Shown here: in pieces, positions 16,963 through 26,471 of the stretch
Position numbering within the stretch: the first letter of the stretch is position 1
Layout: the number at the start of each line of letters is the position of its first letter
Origin: Rickettsiales bacterium
GTDB taxonomy: Bacteria; Pseudomonadota; Alphaproteobacteria; Rs-D84
DNA length: 64,000 nt
Reading direction: 5' to 3'
NCBI GenBank assembly: GCA_031288835.1
Contig: JAITQO010000002.1
Coordinates: 3,598-67,597, forward strand
The notes under the pieces: generated by a model
What the model was told of the DNA's origin: nothing
Database searches by the model: none
Seen by the model: only the letters and a program-made list of their open reading frames with translations
Program-made: the position numbers and the translations under genes

Positions 16963-19608
16963 TTATTCTCTTTTACCACATAGTCGAACATTCGGCAGAT
17001 TGCAGAGCGATTGATTATATGCGCCGCTGATTTTCCCATAATTATTATCAAACAGGCACACATCCGCGCCGGTCAATGCGGCGGCGATTCCGACATGCAA
17101 TCTGTCCGTTTTCACAATGTCAAATTTGGACAATATTTTCAGTAATGTTTGCGCAACAAAATCTATATCGTCGCGCGGTTCAAATTGGCCGAACCAGCCC
17201 ATTTGGTCCGACAAATCCAAATCGGATGCATAATTGCCGGCGGATTCGGAATCTTTCCGAAATAACTTTGTTTCTTTGGGAAGTTTTGCGATTTTTTTCG
17301 CCAATGTATTCGCCATTTGGCTTAATTTTTTGGACGGAGATTCGTTCTTTTCCCAAATCGCATCCGACAATCTTAACGCCATGTCGTGGTCAAGAATGAT
17401 TTTCGCTTTCGTTCCGGCGGCAACTAAATAGCCAAAAGATTTTTCTTCTCGACAAAATACGACGAAGCGCTCGTCCAAAATATCGATGAATTCCGGAACA
17501 TTGTCAAATGATGACGGCAAAATTACAATGCGAGCGGATTTCTGCATCAAATCCATCGTCGGGCGCATATATTCTATCCATTCGCGCCGCCAGCCGCCGC
17601 CGCCGCCGTAAACAAAGTTCCTTGGGGTTTTGTTTTCTTCGACTCTTTTCCATGCAAGCCCGTTTCTATCGAACCAATCCATAGTTGCGCTTGCTATCAG
17701 CATATCCCCCATATTCCCGCTGTTTGGCATATAGCCAAATTCCCCAAGCTCTCGCAGTTCCGCCAGCAAGATTGAATCGTCGAGCGGAATCTGCAATACC
17801 TGCGACTCGCGCCCCAATGCTTTTTTTATTTTAATTTTAACAACTTGCGAGTTCAACAGCTGCTCTTTTTCATGTATCAAAGAAACATTTTTCCCGTGCC
17901 ATCTGTACCTCAACAATACTTTCTGCAAATTGGCGATTTTTGTAAATCCTGCGGCACGCAGCCATAATTCATAATCTTCGCAATACTTGTATCTGCTGTT
18001 ATATCGCAAATTATGCGCGTCAAATACAGATTTTCGAATCATTGCCGTCGGATGCCCGACCGGAGAGGTTTTCGTCATTTCTTTTAAACCCGCATACAAC
18101 GGCTTGGTTTCAATGCGGTCAATTCCGTTGCCAAATATATGAAAATAAGTGCCCAAAACACCGACTTTTTTATGCTTATCCATAAACTCGACCTGCTCAG
18201 CAAACCTCTCCGGAAACGATATATCGTCCGAATCCATTCGGGCGATATATTCGCCGCGACACATTTCCATACCTTGATTCAAGACGGCAATCACCCCATG
18301 ATTCTTTTTATTATCCACAAAAACTATGCGTGGGTCGGCGTATGCCCGAACAATTTCCGCCGTTTTATCCGTGCTGCCGTCATTTATGATAATAAACTCA
18401 AAATTCGTAAAAGTTTGAGAAAGTATCGAGTCAATCGCCTCGGCAATATATTTTTCAGAATTATACGCGGGCATAAGAACGGAAATTTTAATTCGCGGCG
18501 CATAGGACTTTTTGCCAACCGGAATGAATCCAAACAGGTAATGCTTCTCATTTTTGTCGCAATATCGCGCTTTATAAACCAGAATGCCAATGAAATAAAT
18601 CCTTTTCCGATTGCGGGTTTCCTTTATCTTTATCAACCCGCCCATATATTTTCGTTTTTCGCAAAGAATGGCGCCTGATTCCAGCATCTGCATATGCCGC
18701 CTGATGCTTTGCTTCCAAGATAAAGATTCCCATTTTTCCTTGCGAATGAAGTTTTGCGCCAGTTTTATGATTTTTTTCTTTTCGTCCGCGTCCGCTTCGT
18801 GCCGCAAAGAAAAATCAAGATACGCGAAAAACGTATCCGCCATATAATCTTTGTTCGCGGTAAATAATCCGCGCCGTTTCAGAAAATCATAAAAAATTAT
18901 TCCGACCTGCAGATGTTGTATGGAAATACCTTTCTTTTTGGAAAAAGTATCGGACATAATGGAATCGGCGTGGCGGAGATACCGATACAGTTTGTCCTTT
19001 ATAAAAAAGATATCTTTTGAAACGGCAAGATAGGCGTTTAAAAAATAAGCGTCTTCATAATTCAGCCCCGGCGGATATTCTATGCCGTTTTTCCAAATAA
19101 TTTCGCGGCGCATGATTTTATTGCAGACGGAGAAATCTATGCAGTTTTTCAATTCGTCTGTTATTTTATTCAGACCAAGAAACTTTATTTCGTAATACGA
19201 ATCGTCGCTTTTCTTTATGCCTTCGGTTCCCGGCTCATAAACTATATCCATCCCGCACATCGCTATGTCCGCACCGGATTGCTGGATGGCGGCATACATT
19301 TTTTCGCACATTTGCGGCGCGTATTCGTCATCCGAATCACAACACATGATATATGGGGCGCGCGCGGCGCCCAACCCCGCGTTTCTCGCGGCAGAAAGCC
19401 CGCAGTTCTTTTTTTGTCTGATAATTCTTATACGACCGTCCCGCGCCGCGAATTCCGAGACAATTTGCATGGAACCGTCTTGTCCGCAATCGTCAATCGC
19501 GATGATTTCTACTTCGCGGAAGGTTTGGGTCGTCAGCGATTCAAGCGCGCTGCGGACGTGCTTTTCAACATTATAAACCGGGAAAATAATACTGATTTTC
19601 GGTTTCAT
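16963..19608 (-). CDS. Tri-domain glycan synthase: GT2, GT2 and polysaccharide pyruvyl-transferase-like domain
   Basis: Two GT2 signatures (ISIIFPVYNVEKHV...AIDDCGQDGS and ISVLMPAYNSEKYI...IINDGSTDKT). The C-terminal domain carries SGNMGDMLIA...VYGGGGGW...DRLHVGIAAALTG, resembling CsaB/WcaK-type pyruvyl transferases. Start trimmed to the ATG at 19606-19608, which overlaps the upstream stop (ATGA). Confidence 0.85.
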   Translation of the reverse strand: MKPKISIIFPVYNVEKHVRSALESLTTQTFREVEIIAIDDCGQDGSMQIVSEFAARDGRIRIIRQKKNCGLSAARNAGLGAARAPYIMCCDSDDEYAPQMCEKMYAAIQQSGADIAMCGMDIVYEPGTEGIKKSDDSYYEIKFLGLNKITDELKNCIDFSVCNKIMRREIIWKNGIEYPPGLNYEDAYFLNAYLAVSKDIFFIKDKLYRYLRHADSIMSDTFSKKKGISIQHLQVGIIFYDFLKRRGLFTANKDYMADTFFAYLDFSLRHEADADEKKKIIKLAQNFIRKEKWESLSWKQSIRRHMQMLESGAILCEKRKYMGGLIKIKETRNRKRIYFIGILVYKARYCDKNEKHYLFGFIPVGKKSYAPRIKISVLMPAYNSEKYIAEAIDSILSQTFTNFEFIIINDGSTDKTAEIVRAYADPRIVFVDNKKNHGVIAVLNQGMEMCRGEYIARMDSDDISFPERFAEQVEFMDKHKKVGVLGTYFHIFGNGIDRIETKPLYAGLKEMTKTSPVGHPTAMIRKSVFDAHNLRYNSRYKYCEDYELWLRAAGFTKIANLQKVLLRYRWHGKNVSLIHEKEQLLNSQVVKIKIKKALGRESQVLQIPLDDSILLAELRELGEFGYMPNSGNMGDMLIASATMDWFDRNGLAWKRVEENKTPRNFVYGGGGGWRREWIEYMRPTMDLMQKSARIVILPSSFDNVPEFIDILDERFVVFCREEKSFGYLVAAGTKAKIILDHDMALRLSDAIWEKNESPSKKLSQMANTLAKKIAKLPKETKLFRKDSESAGNYASDLDLSDQMGWFGQFEPRDDIDFVAQTLLKILSKFDIVKTDRLHVGIAAALTGADVCLFDNNYGKISGAYNQSLCNLPNVRLCGKRE

Positions 19609-20723
19609 CTGCTTGTTTCGCCGGTAAAAGGCAGCCACTGAGAAGGGATGTCGGACGACCACACCTGAACCAACCCACCCAAAATATACCACCGCTTTTT
19701 ATCGCAGCGCAGGCGCGATTTCAAGAAAAATCTGGCAATATTGACCACAAGCCGCGCCAGTTTTAATCCAAAGTTATCCGGTTCTAAAATTCGACGGAAT
19801 TTCAACCATCCTTTCATATTGCCGAAACATCTGCGCTCCACTTCGTTGTTTTCGATGGCATTTTCGTATTCTTGGGCAAACCGCCTGCGGAATAATTCCT
19901 TGTCCGCGCCTTCCAGCCGATTCAGATTCCACCTGTAATTGCCCAATTTGACCTGGTTTCGCAGTTTCGCGCTTGATTTTTTCCATGCCGGATAATCGTC
20001 CATGAATCTGTCTATCTCCGCCCATTCGTCCGCTATGCAAAAGACCTTGCCCGTGCTGGCGATAGATTGGTTCGGATGCTGGCGATAATGCAAAAACGCC
20101 CCAGGCGTCAGATAAACTTTGTCCGCCATCGCCCAAACCTTGAAATTGAATCCGGTGTCCTGATAAGAGGCCCCCGGTGTTTCAAGAAATCTGATATTGT
20201 ATTTGTTCAAAAAGTCGCGACGGTAAATCGCGCTCCAAATGCATGGCTGGCAATAAAATATGGCGGCATTACATCCATGCTTCGGGTTCGATACTTTGTT
20301 CAGCATTTCTTTGGGCAAAAAATCTCTTTTTATATTTTTGTTTACTATATAATCGAAGTATTGGGATTTTACCACATCGCAATTGTGCTTTGTCGCCAGT
20401 GCATACAGCGCTTCATACATATCTGGCTCTATCCAATCGTCGGACTCGACAATCCCGATATATTCGCCCGTCGCCGCGTCAATTCCACGGTTCATCGTCC
20501 TGCCATAACCTTCGTTCGGCTTGTCTATGATTCGTATGCGCTCGTCGCGCTTAGCATACTCCTTCATTATTTTTGGAGAACTATCCGTGCTGCCGTCATT
20601 CACAAGAATGATTTCAATGTCACGAAGCGTCTGCCCGACTATGCTGTCCAAGCATTGGCGCAGATAATTTTCCACATTGTAAATCGGGACGATTATTGAA
20701 ACTTTCGGGGTGTTTTCTTTCAC
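19605..20723 (-). CDS. Family 2 glycosyltransferase
   Basis: VSIIVPIYNVENYLRQCLDSIVGQTLRDIEIILVNDGSTD. The GTG start overlaps the glf stop (GTGA at 20720-20723). Confidence 0.85.
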   Translation of the reverse strand: MKENTPKVSIIVPIYNVENYLRQCLDSIVGQTLRDIEIILVNDGSTDSSPKIMKEYAKRDERIRIIDKPNEGYGRTMNRGIDAATGEYIGIVESDDWIEPDMYEALYALATKHNCDVVKSQYFDYIVNKNIKRDFLPKEMLNKVSNPKHGCNAAIFYCQPCIWSAIYRRDFLNKYNIRFLETPGASYQDTGFNFKVWAMADKVYLTPGAFLHYRQHPNQSIASTGKVFCIADEWAEIDRFMDDYPAWKKSSAKLRNQVKLGNYRWNLNRLEGADKELFRRRFAQEYENAIENNEVERRCFGNMKGWLKFRRILEPDNFGLKLARLVVNIARFFLKSRLRCDKKRWYILGGLVQVWSSDIPSQWLPFTGETSR

Positions 20724-21832
20724 TGGCCAATCTCCTTGAATAAGTCCAGAGCACGGGCAATCGCCTTGTCTATGTCATAATATTTGTAATCGCCCAGACG
20801 ACCGAAAAAATGCACATTTTCCATATTCTCCGCCTTTACCAGCGCGAGGTAGCGTTTGTAAAGTTGTTCGTTCGCCTCGCCCGCAATCGGATAATAACGG
20901 TCGTTTTTGTCTCGCTGGAACGCCTCTGGATACTCGAAACTTACAATCGTGTCCGGCGTCTGGTCGTCAAGGAACCATTTGTATTCGCCAATTCTTGTCC
21001 AATCATAATCGCACGGATAATTCACGACGGCGGCTTCTTGGAAGCGTGGCTTTGCAAACCTAATAAAATCAAGGCTGATAGAACGATACGGCAACTCTCC
21101 CAGTTTATATTCAAAAAACTCATCAATCGAACCGGTGTAAAACAGCCGCTCCGCCTCCATTGATTTTTCATAAGAGGTATCGAGTTTTATGGCGATATTC
21201 TGGTGGTCAAGCATCTTCCTGACCATTTCCGTATAGCCATCGATTGGGATTCCCTGATACTTGTCTTGGAAATACCGGTCGTCGCGGGAAATATAAACCG
21301 GAACGCGTCCCGTGATTGATGAGTCAATCTTATCCGGGGTCAGGCCCCACTGCTTCAATGTGTATTCAAGGAAAACTTTTTCATAAACATAGTTCGCCAG
21401 AAACTCCAAATCTTTGTCGCCCGTCTTGCGCATCTCCAAAATCGGAACCTTCCTGTTAAATCCAAAATGCTCTATCAAACGGCCTTCTATTTTGTCTGCC
21501 AGCGATTTAGGAAATACTTGATGGAGAGAATTCAGGTTGAACGGAATCGGAACAACCTGCCCGTCTACTAGCCCTTTGACTTTATGCTGATACGGATACC
21601 ATTTTGTAAAGCGCGAGCAGAAATCCCAAACTTCCTTGTTGGTGGTGTGAAAAATATGCGCTCCGTATTTATGCACCATAATTCCAGCATCTTTATAATC
21701 AAAACAGCTGCCGGCGATATGCGGCTTTGCATCAATCACGACAACCTGCTCGCCGGCATCCGCCAGCATTCGCGCCAACGCCGCGCCCGATACGCCTGCG
21801 CCAACCACAAAATTCTTATACCGCATCGCCAT
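20720..21832 (-). CDS. glf: UDP-galactopyranose mutase
   Basis: FVVGAGVSGA FAD-binding motif and KYGAHIFHTTNKEVWDF, typical of Glf. Start trimmed to MAMRYKNF at 21832. Confidence 0.9.
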   Translation of the reverse strand: MAMRYKNFVVGAGVSGAALARMLADAGEQVVVIDAKPHIAGSCFDYKDAGIMVHKYGAHIFHTTNKEVWDFCSRFTKWYPYQHKVKGLVDGQVVPIPFNLNSLHQVFPKSLADKIEGRLIEHFGFNRKVPILEMRKTGDKDLEFLANYVYEKVFLEYTLKQWGLTPDKIDSSITGRVPVYISRDDRYFQDKYQGIPIDGYTEMVRKMLDHQNIAIKLDTSYEKSMEAERLFYTGSIDEFFEYKLGELPYRSISLDFIRFAKPRFQEAAVVNYPCDYDWTRIGEYKWFLDDQTPDTIVSFEYPEAFQRDKNDRYYPIAGEANEQLYKRYLALVKAENMENVHFFGRLGDYKYYDIDKAIARALDLFKEIGQ

Positions 21833-21932
21833 TATTAATTGGAAACGAGTATAACAAATGCCTTGCGGATAAGCAAGTCTATTTATCAAGGCGCGCTCGC
21901 TTTTTGCGGAACTTCGCGGCAAAACAAAATCC

Positions 21933-21960
21933 TTGCAATTTCCGGCGCAATCTGTATAAT
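21933..21960 (+). promoter_or_regulatory. Sigma70-type promoter for tRNA-Ala
   Basis: TTGCAA, 16-nt spacer, TATAAT. It ends 12 nt before the tRNA. Confidence 0.55.
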
Positions 21961-21972
21961 TCTTTCCGCCCC

Positions 21973-22048
21973 GGGGATGTAGCTCAGTTGATAGAGCGTC
22001 TGGTTCGCAATCAGAAGGTCGTGGGTTTGAGCCCCATCATCTCCACCA
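21973..22048 (+). tRNA. tRNA-Ala (anticodon CGC)
   Basis: Cloverleaf with acceptor GGGGATG/CATCTCC including the G3:U70 alanine identity pair, anticodon loop TTCGCAA, and encoded CCA. Confidence 0.95.
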
Positions 22049-22096
22049 ATCATTCTTTTAGCAAAACAAAAAATGAAACATTGGGATTAAAAAAAA

Positions 22097-22124
22097 CGGA
22101 CGCCGATTAGGCGCCCGATTTTTT
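22097..22124. terminator. Bidirectional terminator between tRNA-Ala and the autotransporter
   Basis: A-run, CGGACGCC-GATTA-GGCGCCCG, then TTTTTT. Confidence 0.6.
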
Positions 22125-22126
22125 CA

Positions 22127-25100
22127 CTAGAACTCGTATCTCATGCCAACGATACCGCCGAACTCGTCGTAATCGTCACCGATGCGCGACATGGCGTCAA
22201 GATACGCCGACAAACGTTTGCCCGCGGCGCGATAGTTCAGGCCGCCGCCGAACTCAATTCCTCCGACCCTGAACTTGTCCGACACGTTCAGCCCGCTGAA
22301 GTTCACCGCCGTGTCGTCCGACAAATCCGCGACATATCCGGCCTTGGCATACAGCTGCAGTTTGCCGCCGCCGCCCAAAGTCCAGCGCGGGCCGGTTATC
22401 GCGCCCAGACTGGCCTGCATATTGAACGAAGCGTCGATTTTTCCGGCCTGTCCGGCGGACACTTCGAAATCGGCACCAGATATATACGCGCCGTTGAACT
22501 GCATATGCGGAGTCAAAAACCACGCGAGCCTGTGCGCCGCCCCAAACACAAATTCGCGTCCGAAATCAAGATTCACAGAGGCCGCGGTATGGCTGCTGTC
22601 GAACTTTATCGCGACGGGCGAGCCGGCGGCGTATGCCGTCACGTCCTGCGATATGAAATGCGCCCTCAGCGCGGCGTCCGCGAACCATCCGCCCGCTCCC
22701 AGCCAGATTCCATACAATCCGGCGCCGAACGCGCCTATGTCGCTGGTGTCGGAATCCGGATTCGCGGTTTTGAACTCCGCGCTCCCGCTTGCTGCATATC
22801 CCATGAATCCGATAAAGATTTTGTTGAACCCGCTGTTCTTCGCCTTGAAGTCATATCCGAATTCCGCACCGCGCAGATTCATGTCGGCCTTGCCGCCCGC
22901 CTCCATAGCGGAGCTTTTGAATATTCCGCGCGCCCAGATGCCGCTCTTGGACGCCCCCCCTGACGACGCGGTCATGGAACCGTCCAGCCATTGCAGTTCG
23001 CCCACGCGCTTGTGCATGGAATTGGACAGTTTTTCCACCACGCTCTTTATAGAATGGGCGTGATTCAGCGTGTTCGAGAGCAGGGTGCTGGCCCTTTCGG
23101 TTTTGACCGCGGTCGTGATTCCGGTCATACCATCCGTCACGACATCCCAGTTATAAAGGCCTACGTCGATTCCGTTGTTCAACGCCGAGAACGTCGCCGC
23201 CGTCTTGTCGGCCGAATTATTTCTGACGATGTCGATACTGTCGAGAGAGTTCAGCGCCGCCGCGTCCCATATGGAATACAAAAGATTGATTGAGAATGTT
23301 CCGTCTATATCGCCGAATTCGTAAAGGTCGCTGTCCGCGCCGTTATTGCCAGAGCGGAGGGTCAAATCGATGATTCCGTTTCCGCGAACCGCAAAGTTAG
23401 CATCAAACGCGGATACGCCGTTCAGCGCCATCCGCCCCCCGCCGAGAGTCAGGGTCGCACCTGAGCCGGAAATCGACGCGGCGTCGAACAGAACCGCGCC
23501 ACCGGAATCAATCCTGTTGTTCGCGCCGCCGAAAACCGCGGTCGCGGACATGAATCGCAACACTCCGCCGGCCCCTACGACGGTATTTGAGACAGAGCCC
23601 CAGACATTCTGAACCCCGAATGCGCCAACGGAAGTAGAGGACGCCGAGCCGGACGCCGACACGGTCTGGACGCCTGTTTGCGACGCGGACAATCCGGCGA
23701 TTGCCATCCCCTCGACAGCTCCGTTTTCTACAACCTGGCTGCCGTAACTCATTTTGATTTTCGCAGCTCCGGCCGCGGTTACGGTCGCCGCCGTCCCGGA
23801 CGCGCCTATCCTCTGCGTCCCGCCGCTTATAGTAATCAGGTCGCCCGTGTCCGTCCCTATGCCGGCGCCGTCGAGTATCTCCTGAACCCCGCCGGAATTG
23901 ACAGTCGTGGCGCCCTTGACCAACCCGCCGACGGCGACCTTTTGGATTCCGCCATTTATCGTGGTGTTCGACGCGGAACCGGCCACATTCTGGGTGCCGC
24001 CAGTGATTTTCATAAAGTTCGCGACCGCGCCGGCATTCACATTCATGACGCCGCCTGAATTGACCGCGAAGTAAGCGGACGACGAGCCGATATTCGCACC
24101 CGATTCGATATTACTGATTCCGCCGTTGTTGACGGCGTTGTTTACGCCGGATATGGATGAGCCGGACTTGAGATTCATAACGCCGCCGTTATTCACCGCC
24201 GTATTCGCAGCCGTGCCGGAAACGTTCATGGTTCCGCCGTTGTTGACCTTGGTCAAAGATGCGGTCCCGCCGATATGAACGGTTTGCGTCCCGTGCAACC
24301 CAATTGTCGAGCCTGACGCGCTGCCGTATACGTTCTGCGCGGCCGATGTCGCGCTGGATACATCCATATTGGACACGGACGCGCCGGACTTGACGTTCTG
24401 CGTCCCGGAAACGAATGAAATTCGTCCGCCGGAATACGCGCCGCTTTCCAGATTCTGCACCCCGCCGTCGATAATAATGTTCGCGCCCGAAGCGATTGAC
24501 GCGCCATAAAGATTCTGCACGCCGTTCGCGCCGATTCTTGCCAGCCCCCCAAGGGTTCCGTAAACATTCTGCCTTCCGTCGGTAATCGTCGTGTCGTTCG
24601 CCGTGGCGTTTCGCGACCCCGACGCGCCGACGTTCATCACACCGCCGTTCGTTATCACGGTGTCGTTCGCGACGGAGCCATAGGCGGTTCCGTTATAGAT
24701 GTAACTGCTGCCGGACATATCCATGGTTCCGCCGGCCAGCGCCGTATTGCTTGCTGTCGTGTTGGCAAGCACAAGGTTGCCCAGCGATCCGCTGAAAAGC
24801 AAACTCCCGCTCAAAGTCATGGTTCCGCCCGCATTCACGGTCGCGCCGGATATTGTCCCGCCCCTATTGACCGTGGCGAGCCCGCCGCTGTTCACAATCG
24901 TGCCGGACGCCGCCGCATTGCTGCGGAGAATTTGTTCGCCGCCGGAATTAACCGTTGTTCCCGCCGCAGTTGCGCCCACATAAACGTTCTGCGTTCCGCC
25001 GTCTATGGTCGTGTTCGTCACAATCGAGTTCGCGTATACATTCTGAACGCCGTTCGTTTTTACTGTCGACTCGGTTGCGGACGAAAACGAATTAACATTT

Positions 25101-26311
25101 TGGATTCCCCATGCATCGACCGTTGTGTTAGCCGCGCTGCCGTTGACGGTCTGCGTGCCTTTATTATTGGTGTCGGTTCCTTTTATGGTCATGCCGGCCG
25201 CCGAGCTGCCTTTGTTGATGAACTGCTCCCCGCCGTTCATGGTTATTTTCGCGGAATTCGCGGCAGTCAAATCATGTGAATATTCGATGATGTTGTCATC
25301 ATTCACCGACCCCAGCACCTGCCTGCCGCCATTTATGACGATTGTCGCGCCGGAATCGAGCTCGGCGTTCGACAGAAGAAACTGACGGCCGGAGTTCAAT
25401 ATGGTGCTGCCAGCCAATACTCCCCAAACATCCTGTTCTCCGCCGGCGATTATCGTGCCGGACGCTGTGCCGGACGCCTGAACAACCTGACTCCCGCCGG
25501 TCTTGACGGTTGTGCCCGCCGCGGTGCCGTAAACGAGCTGGGTTCCGCCGACCATCGTATCCGTCCCGGTGCCGTTTGTCGAAACATTCTGCATACCGCC
25601 GGCCTCGACTACCGTGCCGGTTGCGGTGCCATTGTCGACATATTGCAGGCTGTTGTTTTTTACAACCGCATTCGTCACGGCGCTGCTCTCGATAATATAT
25701 TGTTTCGCAATGCCGGTGCCATCGCCGATTGTCAAATGATTCGTCGCATCGCCGCCGATAGTGCTGTTGTTTTGAATACGTTGAGTGCCGGATTTGAAAT
25801 CGAATTGGGACGCCTGGGCGGCGGTCAGGTTCTGGGTCTCATTCCACCCGCCGCCCGAATTAAGATAACCGATATACTGGATGCCTCCGTCGATGGTGAT
25901 TTTTGACGACGTGTCGGCAAACGAGAATCCGTTGCCCAAAATTTGCAAACCGCCCGTGCCGATTGTTGTATTTCCGCCCAGCGTTCCGAAGACCTGCTGC
26001 GTTCCGTCGGCCAGGATTTGCGTGTTGTTCGCCGCACCGCCCAGCAGGACGGCCTGCACCGACTGGGTTCCGGCGACAGCGGACGCGTTCGCCACGCCGC
26101 CGCCGCGCACAATCTGCTGGCCATACGAATTGACAACGGCGTTATTCGTCGTCCCGTATACATTTTGTATGCTATAGTCTCCGGCGGCGCCTTCAACGAC
26201 CGAATCGTCCGATGTCGCGCCTGCCGCGACATCGGCGGTAGTATCGGCAATCGCAGGGTTCGCACAAATCAACGCAAGCAACGATATTAGCGTAGTGGAA
26301 AGTTTTTTCAT
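22127..26311 (-). CDS. Type Va autotransporter with long beta-helical repeat passenger
   Basis: Signal peptide MKKLSTTLISLLALICANPAIA. About 1000 aa of degenerate G-rich repeats (..GGTQNV..G.A..T.V..GG.Q.V..). The C-terminal ~280-aa beta-barrel ends in GMRYEF. Confidence 0.9.
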   Translation of the reverse strand: MKKLSTTLISLLALICANPAIADTTADVAAGATSDDSVVEGAAGDYSIQNVYGTTNNAVVNSYGQQIVRGGGVANASAVAGTQSVQAVLLGGAANNTQILADGTQQVFGTLGGNTTIGTGGLQILGNGFSFADTSSKITIDGGIQYIGYLNSGGGWNETQNLTAAQASQFDFKSGTQRIQNNSTIGGDATNHLTIGDGTGIAKQYIIESSAVTNAVVKNNSLQYVDNGTATGTVVEAGGMQNVSTNGTGTDTMVGGTQLVYGTAAGTTVKTGGSQVVQASGTASGTIIAGGEQDVWGVLAGSTILNSGRQFLLSNAELDSGATIVINGGRQVLGSVNDDNIIEYSHDLTAANSAKITMNGGEQFINKGSSAAGMTIKGTDTNNKGTQTVNGSAANTTVDAWGIQNVNSFSSATESTVKTNGVQNVYANSIVTNTTIDGGTQNVYVGATAAGTTVNSGGEQILRSNAAASGTIVNSGGLATVNRGGTISGATVNAGGTMTLSGSLLFSGSLGNLVLANTTASNTALAGGTMDMSGSSYIYNGTAYGSVANDTVITNGGVMNVGASGSRNATANDTTITDGRQNVYGTLGGLARIGANGVQNLYGASIASGANIIIDGGVQNLESGAYSGGRISFVSGTQNVKSGASVSNMDVSSATSAAQNVYGSASGSTIGLHGTQTVHIGGTASLTKVNNGGTMNVSGTAANTAVNNGGVMNLKSGSSISGVNNAVNNGGISNIESGANIGSSSAYFAVNSGGVMNVNAGAVANFMKITGGTQNVAGSASNTTINGGIQKVAVGGLVKGATTVNSGGVQEILDGAGIGTDTGDLITISGGTQRIGASGTAATVTAAGAAKIKMSYGSQVVENGAVEGMAIAGLSASQTGVQTVSASGSASSTSVGAFGVQNVWGSVSNTVVGAGGVLRFMSATAVFGGANNRIDSGGAVLFDAASISGSGATLTLGGGRMALNGVSAFDANFAVRGNGIIDLTLRSGNNGADSDLYEFGDIDGTFSINLLYSIWDAAALNSLDSIDIVRNNSADKTAATFSALNNGIDVGLYNWDVVTDGMTGITTAVKTERASTLLSNTLNHAHSIKSVVEKLSNSMHKRVGELQWLDGSMTASSGGASKSGIWARGIFKSSAMEAGGKADMNLRGAEFGYDFKAKNSGFNKIFIGFMGYAASGSAEFKTANPDSDTSDIGAFGAGLYGIWLGAGGWFADAALRAHFISQDVTAYAAGSPVAIKFDSSHTAASVNLDFGREFVFGAAHRLAWFLTPHMQFNGAYISGADFEVSAGQAGKIDASFNMQASLGAITGPRWTLGGGGKLQLYAKAGYVADLSDDTAVNFSGLNVSDKFRVGGIEFGGGLNYRAAGKRLSAYLDAMSRIGDDYDEFGGIVGMRYEF

Positions 26312-26437
26312 TTTTTCTCCTTTATTCGCAGGAGGCCGGAAAAATACGGCGGGCGGCGATTTTTTTGTTCAATTCTACCCCCCCCCCTCGACATTTGTCA
26401 AGAAAAAAATCACATCGGCGCGGCGGGCAAAAATTTC

Positions 26438-26465
26438 TTGCAAAATTTCCCGCGCCGGATATAAT
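26438..26465 (+). promoter_or_regulatory. Sigma70-type promoter for prfB (predicted TSS at the ATG)
   Basis: TTGCAA, 16-nt spacer, TATAAT (26460-26465). The prfB ATG starts at 26472. Confidence 0.55.
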
Positions 26466-26471
26466 TCCGAC

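Noticed and set aside
22254-26290. Numerous 80-260-aa ORFs in other frames across the autotransporter gene.
   Set aside because: All are nested in the 1394-aa autotransporter ORF, which has a signal peptide and a C-terminal barrel. The repetitive GC-rich sequence keeps alternative frames open.
26295-26471. The upstream part of the frame-0 ORF preceding prfB (MESFFIFSPLFAGG...).
   Set aside because: It overlaps the autotransporter start region and the prfB promoter. The RF2 N-terminal segment is normally about 25 codons, which matches the ATG at 26472.
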